Source: Candidatus Omnitrophota bacterium | GTDB lineage: Bacteria > Omnitrophota > Gorgyraeia > Gygaellales > Profunditerraquicolaceae | Direction: 5' to 3' | Length of the DNA stretch: 64,000 nt | NCBI GenBank assembly: GCA_025453395.1 | Contig: JALOQK010000003.1 | Coordinates: 18,711-82,710 of the forward strand | Part shown: positions 58,474-64,000 of the stretch, in pieces | Layout of the letters: each line of letters begins with the position of its first letter | How positions within the stretch are numbered: the first letter of the stretch is position 1 | Program-made: the position numbers and the translations under genes | Notes under the pieces: generated by a model | The model's input: the letters and a program-made list of their open reading frames with translations, nothing else | Databases searched by the model: none | Told to the model about the DNA's origin: nothing

Positions 58474-60227
58474 TTATCCCTATGAAAAAAGCGATAATTA
58501 TCCTGCAACAGCAGTATGCGCACAAGGCGGTTTCTTGTTTAAGCCGGCAAGGGGTTTTGCATGTTATGCATGAGGTTGCCCCGAAGGCAGAGAAAATAGA
58601 TTTACTTGAAGAAAATCATGCAGCCGTTTCTGGCGCCCTGGGCGTGCTTAATAATTATGCCCAGGCTTCGCCTGCTAAGCAATCCCAGCTGCCCGAGGGG
58701 AAGACCCAGGAAATCTGCCTTGAAATTATTGCGCAAGATAAGCTTATCCTCAAGCTTCAGGAAGAAAGAAAAGCTTTAAGCAATAAAATAAGCGATCTTG
58801 AGAAATGGGGAGATTTTAATCCCGCAAAGATAGGCGAATTAAGCCAGCAAGGTCTGTATTTTAAGCTTTATCAGGTGCCTCAGAAACAAATCCATGATTT
58901 TCCCGAAGTCGCTGTAGTGAAACAAATTTTCTCTTCCGGAGGATTTTGTTATTGCGCAGTGGTTTCTGCCAGCCAGATTAGTGTGGATTTTAAAGAAATA
59001 CCCTTGCCGCAGGAAAGTTTGTCTTCGCTATTAGAGCGCGTGAAGCAGAATCAAGTCCAGGCAGAAAGCCTGGTTAATAGAATCCGCCAGGATTTATGTT
59101 TTTTAAGCGCCCTGGAAGCGGCCAAAGATTCCCTGGAAAAGGAAATTGAATTTCAGAAGGTTATCTTTGGCATGGGCAAAACCAGCACACTGGTTTATTT
59201 AACCGGGTTTATCCCTTATGATAAAGAAAAAATGCTTTTAGCTTTCGCCCGGGAGCAAAAATGGGGCATTATAATTAAAGACCCCTCGCAAGAGGATGAT
59301 GCCCCGGTTTTATTGCGCCATTCAAAAATAGTTAATTTGATCAAGCCGGTTTTCAAGCTTTTAGAAATAGTGCCGGGCTATCGCGAATTAGACGTCAGCC
59401 CGGTATTTCTTTTATTTTTATCGCTTTTCTTTGGGATGATCATCGGAGATGCCGGTTATGGGGCAGTGTATTTCTTATTAACTTTATTTGCGCAAAGAAA
59501 ACTGGGCAAGAAAGCAAAGGATAAAACTGTATTTTTTCTCTTTTATCTTTTCAGTTCTTGCGCTATTATATGGGGCCTGCTAACCGGAACAGTATTTGGC
59601 CAGGCCTGGTATGTTGAAAAAGGCTTTAAGGCGCTTGTTCCAGCTCTGAATGAAGCAAAATTCTTAATGGCCTTTTGTTTTTTGTTAGGGGCGGTACAAT
59701 TAAGCATTGCGCATCTTTGGCAAGCGATAGCTAAGGCGCCTTCGCTTAAGGCTTTGGCGGATATAGGGTTTATTTGTCTTTTGTGGGCGGGTTTCTTTTT
59801 AGCCAAGATGTTTATTCTGGGCGATAATTTTCCGGGTTTCGGCGCATGGTTTATCTGGTCAGGGGCGCTGTTGATCGTTTTCTTCAGCAGCCCGCAGAAG
59901 AACATCTTAAAAGGCCTGGCCGAGGGCTTGGGTGCTCTTGCTTTAGGGGCGATGGGCAATTTCGGGGATGTGGTTTCTTATATCCGCCTTTTCGCTGTGG
60001 GTTTGGCAGCAGTAGCGGTTGCGGATTCAGTAAATATGCTTGCCCAGGGCGTGGGCAATAATTTTATCGCGCAGGCAGCGATTCTTTTTGCCGGGCATAC
60101 AATTAATATTGTTTTGGGGCCAGTGTCTGTTTTAGTGCATGGTGTCAGGCTTAATATCCTGGAATTTTCTTTATTGCACGGGAATGTTACTTGGAGCGGC
60201 ACAGCGTATAAGCCGCTAAAAAGTTAA
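58470..60227 (+). CDS. atpI: V-type ATP synthase subunit I (a-subunit)
   Basis: 585 aa with an N-terminal soluble domain and a C-terminal polytopic domain containing the conserved Arg helix region. Confidence 0.8.
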   Translation: MIIPMKKAIIILQQQYAHKAVSCLSRQGVLHVMHEVAPKAEKIDLLEENHAAVSGALGVLNNYAQASPAKQSQLPEGKTQEICLEIIAQDKLILKLQEERKALSNKISDLEKWGDFNPAKIGELSQQGLYFKLYQVPQKQIHDFPEVAVVKQIFSSGGFCYCAVVSASQISVDFKEIPLPQESLSSLLERVKQNQVQAESLVNRIRQDLCFLSALEAAKDSLEKEIEFQKVIFGMGKTSTLVYLTGFIPYDKEKMLLAFAREQKWGIIIKDPSQEDDAPVLLRHSKIVNLIKPVFKLLEIVPGYRELDVSPVFLLFLSLFFGMIIGDAGYGAVYFLLTLFAQRKLGKKAKDKTVFFLFYLFSSCAIIWGLLTGTVFGQAWYVEKGFKALVPALNEAKFLMAFCFLLGAVQLSIAHLWQAIAKAPSLKALADIGFICLLWAGFFLAKMFILGDNFPGFGAWFIWSGALLIVFFSSPQKNILKGLAEGLGALALGAMGNFGDVVSYIRLFAVGLAAVAVADSVNMLAQGVGNNFIAQAAILFAGHTINIVLGPVSVLVHGVRLNILEFSLLHGNVTWSGTAYKPLKS

Positions 60228-60250
60228 AGTTTTCTAGAAAGGAGAACCGC

Positions 60251-60700
60251 ATGGACGTAAATTCACCGGTACAATTTAAAGACTTAGGCCCGATTTTAGT
60301 TTTGGCTTTATCTGCTCTTGGTTCAGCAACGGGCGCAGGCCTTGCCGGCATGAGCGCGATAGGGGCATGGAAGAAGAATTTTGTGCAGAATAAAAGCGCT
60401 TCGTTTTTGCTGGTGGCCTTAACCGCTGCCCCCCTTACCCAGACCATTTACGGGTTTATCGTAATGAATAAAATGGTAGAGCTTGTTAATAAGGGGCAGT
60501 ATCTTTGGTCAATAGGGTTATGCGCCGGAGCGGGAATCGGATTATCCGCGTTTTGGCAGGGTAAGTGCGCGGCAGTGGCTTGTGATTCTATGGGGGAGAC
60601 GGGAAAAGGCTTTGCCAACTATATGGCGGTTTTAGGCATGACTGAAACCGTGGCTTTGTTTGTGATGGTGTTTACGTTGGTAGTTTTGGGTAAGTTTTAA
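60251..60700 (+). CDS. atpK: V-type ATP synthase proteolipid subunit K
   Basis: 149 aa, 4-TM, with the conserved carboxylate in GMTETVALFVMV. Confidence 0.85.
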   Translation: MDVNSPVQFKDLGPILVLALSALGSATGAGLAGMSAIGAWKKNFVQNKSASFLLVALTAAPLTQTIYGFIVMNKMVELVNKGQYLWSIGLCAGAGIGLSAFWQGKCAAVACDSMGETGKGFANYMAVLGMTETVALFVMVFTLVVLGKF

Positions 60701-60709
60701 GATAGATTA

Positions 60710-60787
60710 GGGGCGGTTGGCGCAATTGGTTAGCGCGCCTGATTTACATTCAGGAGGTTTACAGGTTCAAGTCCTGTACCGCCCACC
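60710..60787 (+). tRNA. tRNA-Val (anticodon TAC), CCA encoded
   Basis: GGGCGGTTGGCGCAATTGGTTAGCGCGCCTGATTTACATTCAGGAGGTTTACAGGTTCAAGTCCTGTACCGCCCACCA. The anticodon loop TTTACAT gives TAC. Confidence 0.8.
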
Positions 60788-60838
60788 ATTTAGCCAATAG
60801 CCCATTGCAAATAGCAAATGTTTAAATACGAAGTAAAG

Positions 60839-60866
60839 ATTGCAATTGCAAGTTTTTTATATATAA
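60839..60866 (+). promoter_or_regulatory. candidate tRNA-Asp promoter overlapping a perfect 12 bp palindrome
   Basis: TTGCAATTGCAA (60839-60850). A TTGCAA -35, 16 bp spacer and TATAAT (60861-60866). Additional small palindromes lie nearby (TTGCC-acg-GGCAA). Confidence 0.35.
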
Positions 60867-60904
60867 TTACTATTTGCCACGGGCAATTTGCTAATAGCTA
60901 ATTT

Positions 60905-60980
60905 GGGGTCGTGGTGTAGCCTGGTTCAACACGTCGCCCTGTCACGGCGAAGATCGCGAGTTCAAATCTCGTCGACCCCG
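60905..60980 (+). tRNA. tRNA-Asp (anticodon GTC), no encoded CCA
   Basis: GGGGTCGTGGTGTAGCCTGGTTCAACACGTCGCCCTGTCACGGCGAAGATCGCGAGTTCAAATCTCGTCGACCCCG. The anticodon loop CTGTCAC gives GTC. Confidence 0.85.
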
Positions 60981-61146
60981 TTAATGAGCAGACGGTTTAT
61001 GGAGCGAACAAAGTGAGCGAACATAAACCGTAGCGGCAGAGTATATAGGCATATCTTGCGTCTGCGAATTAATACCCGCAGTTGCGAGCGGATTTCGAAG
61101 AAATACGCGAAGCGTAAAACTGCGGGTATAAGTAGCATAATCCCAA

Positions 61147-61183
61147 GCACCCCCTTAAAAAGGAGTGCTTTTTTTATTTTTCT
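61147..61183 (+). terminator. rho-independent terminator downstream of the tRNA-Val/tRNA-Asp unit
   Basis: AGCACCCCC-ttaaaaa-GGAGTGCT followed by TTTTTTTATTTTT. It overlaps the 3' end of the convergent minus-strand gene. Confidence 0.5.
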
Positions 61184-62241
61184 AAAAGGAAGCGGTCTAT
61201 GATTTTCTCAGATTCCATGAATCCCAAAAGGAATTTGGCGATTATCATATGCCCTTTTTCGGAAGGATGCCGGTCATTTTTATTTAATGCCAAACTAATA
61301 TCTTTTGCTGGATCAAAAACTTCATTAAATGTAGTGTAGAATCCCAGCTTTTTACTTAATTCATAGGAAAAGCTATTTTGGTGTCCAGGTTTTATGGTAA
61401 GAAGGCTTATCACTATAAAGTGGTTCTTTTGGCTTAAAAATTTTAAGTAGTAGAAAGCTTTTTTATATGGGCCCTTTCCTACTAAATTTCGGCAGTAAGC
61501 AGGAAGCTTTTTAGGATTATTCTCAAAACGTTCGAATACGCCATTTTTGATTACTACTGGAGCATCAAAAAGACAAAATTCTCTTTGTAGTGCCAATCCC
61601 TTCAGATTGATAAATCCCCAGAAAAAAGATTTTCTAAAATCTAACCAGTTATCGGGTTCATAGATAAAATTCGGCAAATCAAGGTCATTCCCAATACGTT
61701 CAATAATTACGATATCCGGATGATAGCGTAAGGCTTTTTGTGCCAATGTTTCTACTTCCATAACTGTATTATATCCGGGAACGGCGGTATTTATGATTTC
61801 CCAGTGTTTTTGAGGGAATTTTGTGTTTAATCCTTCTTCTAAGAAACTTAAATAGTTTTTATTTTGTGCTACTCCTTGCCCAAACATGTATGAATCTCCC
61901 AGGCCGATTATCCGCACAGTGCCACTTGGCTTATTAAGCGTAAAGTTGTGGTCGTCGCGCCAGCCTTGGGCATTAATATGTGCCGGGGCGCCGAAGCATT
62001 CTACGGAAATGCCAGGCCTTAATTCATAGATAATCTTAGGGTCGTTGTTTGGCCTTATGATTTGGCCTAAGGTGGCGGGTTGATTATCTACAATGGGGGG
62101 TAGGTTTTTCATGGCACTTTCAAAATCTATCTGAGAGTGGAATAAAATATAAATGCGCAATGCCGCTTCGCAGATCAAAAATAAAATAAATAATGATATG
62201 ATGGGCAATGCCCAAGTCAGAAGCTTATCTTTTTTTACCAT
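61174..62241 (-). CDS. membrane-anchored SGNH/GDSL-family hydrolase
   Basis: 355 aa with an N-terminal TM helix, a GDSL block (IIGLGDSYMFGQG) and a C-terminal DxxH-like block (DRHPSEKGH). Confidence 0.6.
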   Translation of the reverse strand: MVKKDKLLTWALPIISLFILFLICEAALRIYILFHSQIDFESAMKNLPPIVDNQPATLGQIIRPNNDPKIIYELRPGISVECFGAPAHINAQGWRDDHNFTLNKPSGTVRIIGLGDSYMFGQGVAQNKNYLSFLEEGLNTKFPQKHWEIINTAVPGYNTVMEVETLAQKALRYHPDIVIIERIGNDLDLPNFIYEPDNWLDFRKSFFWGFINLKGLALQREFCLFDAPVVIKNGVFERFENNPKKLPAYCRNLVGKGPYKKAFYYLKFLSQKNHFIVISLLTIKPGHQNSFSYELSKKLGFYTTFNEVFDPAKDISLALNKNDRHPSEKGHMIIAKFLLGFMESEKIIDRFLLEK

Positions 62242-64000
62242 CGCCGTATATTTTATTAGGAAATATCAACTCAGCGCATTTGGCTCCGTATAGAGGGGTG
62301 AATTTTTTTGTTAAAACGTCTGCCAGCAAACTTTTATATGGCCCGCGGTAGTTTTTATATAGCGCTCCGGCGCGGTAGATTTCCACAGCGCCTTCTTCTT
62401 CAGCAAAGCCCGCATGCTCAAAATAACCCAGCATTACATAGTACTTTGATGAATCGGAAAGCCCTCTTAAGCTGTTTAGGGCTTGTTTTGCCTGTCGCGC
62501 GAAGTCCGCTCCGTAAAAGTTGTTTGGCGCAGGCAGGAACAACCATCCGGCGCACGCGCATAAGGTTTTGCGGTTGCGGTTTTTGGTTAAGCATGCCCGT
62601 CTGATTAATCCCGTATAAGTATAATCTTTTAGACGCGTGTAATCCAGGGATGTTTTTATCCCCGCGTAGATATTTCTAAAGTCATCCGCTGTGGTTGTTT
62701 GCGCTAATTCCGTTAATACTTCGGAAAACCGTTTTGGGTCTGACTGGTAGATCATGGTTATGCGCTTGCCAAGAGCGCGCCAAAAAAACGGCAGATACTG
62801 CTGTTTTATCTTGCCAGAGAAGTTATCCCATAATGCTATTCCCGGGACATCATTTTGCTGAAGGGGGCAACTTAACACTTCCGTATCGATGATCTCTTGT
62901 TCCAGGGCAGAGACATCATCTTTATTTTTTCTGCGCTGCTCCAAGAACAATGCTGCCTTCAGCCAACTGTTGGAATTAAGAAGCAATATTGCCTTGCCGA
63001 TTTTCCTATAATGATATCCTTTGGGGAAAGACCTTCCCATTAATTCAAAAGCTGAATTTCTGGCCAGAAAAGAAATCGCGCACAAAAAATGCGCGGCCAC
63101 ACAGATAAGCAAGATGATTTTTCCAATAGAATTCTTGCTGATGCAGGATAAGAAATAAGCCGTGAATAAAAGGCAGAACTCAAAGCCGAAAATAAAGTAT
63201 CTGCCTTGGGTAAAAAGCCTTCCAATTGGTTCCTGGAGACTGAACCCGCTGGCTACTTTTAGAAACTGCAGAATAAAAAAGAATAATAATGATCCGGCGA
63301 TAAGATTATTTTTCTTGCGCAGCGAGTTAATTGCCGCCCAGGCTATTGCGGACAAGAAAAATAAGAAAATGATCATTCCCAGCTGCTTAGGGCTTGCGTA
63401 AAGAAACATTTCTTGGAAGCGTTTGGTAATCGACCAGAAGTGTTCTTTGGCCAAGGGCAAATTAAATACGGCCGCATGGTGCGCTTTGTAAAAGTCGCAT
63501 CTTGCCGCAGCCGGCATAATTGTGGCCAAAGCGGAAAAGACAAGGAAAGCTGCGGCGAAGCGGAAAGTCGGACCCTTAAAAGCGAATCTTCTTATAAAGA
63601 TAACCAGCGTGAATATAAAAATGAATAAATATAGTTCATAGGCAAGATACATGCCGGCGCCAATAAGAATTCCAAGCAAGACTGGGTATCGCCCGGGATT
63701 TTTTTCTTCATCTAATATAGCTAAAATAAGAATTGCGATATAGGGAAGCAATATTCCGGATTGCACATGCGTGCCGGAAAGGAAAAGCGTTTTTTCTATG
63801 AAAAAAGGCGCACCAAAGATATAAAGCACGCAGAAGATATAAGCAGTTAAACGGTTAATATATTTGCTAATCAATTTATACCAGCCATAAAAGGCGATGA
63901 AAATAAATAGTAGGGCCAAGAGCTTTACGCTAAGAAGGGTTGTGCCAAATAAAAGAAAAAAAGGCGCAAGGCAGGCGCCTATAATAAGCTGCCATTGCGT
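62225..64000 (-). CDS. large polytopic membrane protein (glycosyltransferase family 39/ArnT-like?), 5'-truncated by the window end
   Basis: The reading frame stays open to position 64000. The track ORF start at 63919 is a TTG inside a longer frame. It has more than 10 predicted TM helices followed by a soluble C-terminal domain, and overlaps the SGNH hydrolase gene by 17 nt. Confidence 0.45.
   Translation of the reverse strand, partial: TQWQLIIGACLAPFFLLFGTTLLSVKLLALLFIFIAFYGWYKLISKYINRLTAYIFCVLYIFGAPFFIEKTLFLSGTHVQSGILLPYIAILILAILDEEKNPGRYPVLLGILIGAGMYLAYELYLFIFIFTLVIFIRRFAFKGPTFRFAAAFLVFSALATIMPAAARCDFYKAHHAAVFNLPLAKEHFWSITKRFQEMFLYASPKQLGMIIFLFFLSAIAWAAINSLRKKNNLIAGSLLFFFILQFLKVASGFSLQEPIGRLFTQGRYFIFGFEFCLLFTAYFLSCISKNSIGKIILLICVAAHFLCAISFLARNSAFELMGRSFPKGYHYRKIGKAILLLNSNSWLKAALFLEQRRKNKDDVSALEQEIIDTEVLSCPLQQNDVPGIALWDNFSGKIKQQYLPFFWRALGKRITMIYQSDPKRFSEVLTELAQTTTADDFRNIYAGIKTSLDYTRLKDYTYTGLIRRACLTKNRNRKTLCACAGWLFLPAPNNFYGADFARQAKQALNSLRGLSDSSKYYVMLGYFEHAGFAEEEGAVEIYRAGALYKNYRGPYKSLLADVLTKKFTPLYGAKCAELIFPNKIYGDGKKR

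Noticed and set aside
60962-61150. 62 aa minus-strand ORF downstream of tRNA-Asp
   Set aside because: Overlaps the large hairpins and terminator, with no RBS. The region is better explained as structured non-coding DNA.

Overview
This 64 kb window is mostly bacterial core-genome sequence at about 45% GC and includes the chromosomal replication origin. The gene set suggests an uncultivated lineage: a Chlamydia/spirochaete-type V-ATPase operon, an RNase Y + YmdB pair, a 4-subunit 2-oxoacid:ferredoxin oxidoreductase, split carB and no rnpA next to rpmH. Lineage assignment is tentative.

Minus-strand genes, 1 to 32.8 kb, in order:
- gltX (5' part), then korG/korB/korA/korD (2-oxoacid:ferredoxin oxidoreductase) and dxs.
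- xseB and xseA.
- a secreted glycoside-hydrolase-like protein.
- ymdB and rny.
- 5-formyl-THF cyclo-ligase plus a Cys-rich MTHFR_C-like protein.
- rarA, pheT, pheS.
- trkH and two trkA genes.
- rplT, rpmI, infC (AUA start) and thrS.
- A tRNA island: tRNA-Val, a small ORF, tRNA-Leu, a free-standing LAGLIDADG endonuclease gene and tRNA-Cys, with repeat-rich structured spacers.
- coaC, rpoZ, gmk, yicC, ndk.
- parB and parA with two parS sites.
- jag_N, yidC, yidD, rpmH.

Plus-strand genes, 33.1 to 60.9 kb, in order:
- an oriC region with DnaA boxes and tandem dnaA promoters.
- dnaA, dnaN, a DUF721/DciA-like gene, gyrB, gyrA.
- tRNA-Glu, glmS, rsmI.
- pyrR, pyrB, pyrC and an EndoQ-like PHP-domain protein.
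- tRNA-Arg with a 5'-half remnant.
- the C-terminal half of a split carB.
- fpg, pyrK, a half-size TSUP membrane protein, pyrD, pyrF.
- a V-type ATPase operon ordered E, hypothetical, A, B, D, I, K.
- tRNA-Val and tRNA-Asp.

The window ends with an SGNH hydrolase and a large 5'-truncated polytopic membrane protein, both on the minus strand. A plus-strand HigB/HigA-like toxin-antitoxin pair with a leaderless promoter sits at 12.6 to 13.3 kb.

Several intergenic regions carry strongly structured RNA-like elements that no annotated feature explains, notably 14635-15063, 24653-24782 and 25846-26187. Two short repeat families (AAAAGGYAAAAG-like and GTAAAG/GCGAAAAG-like) are dispersed through the window. 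Fine coordinates of small motifs were counted by hand and may be off by 1-2 nt.
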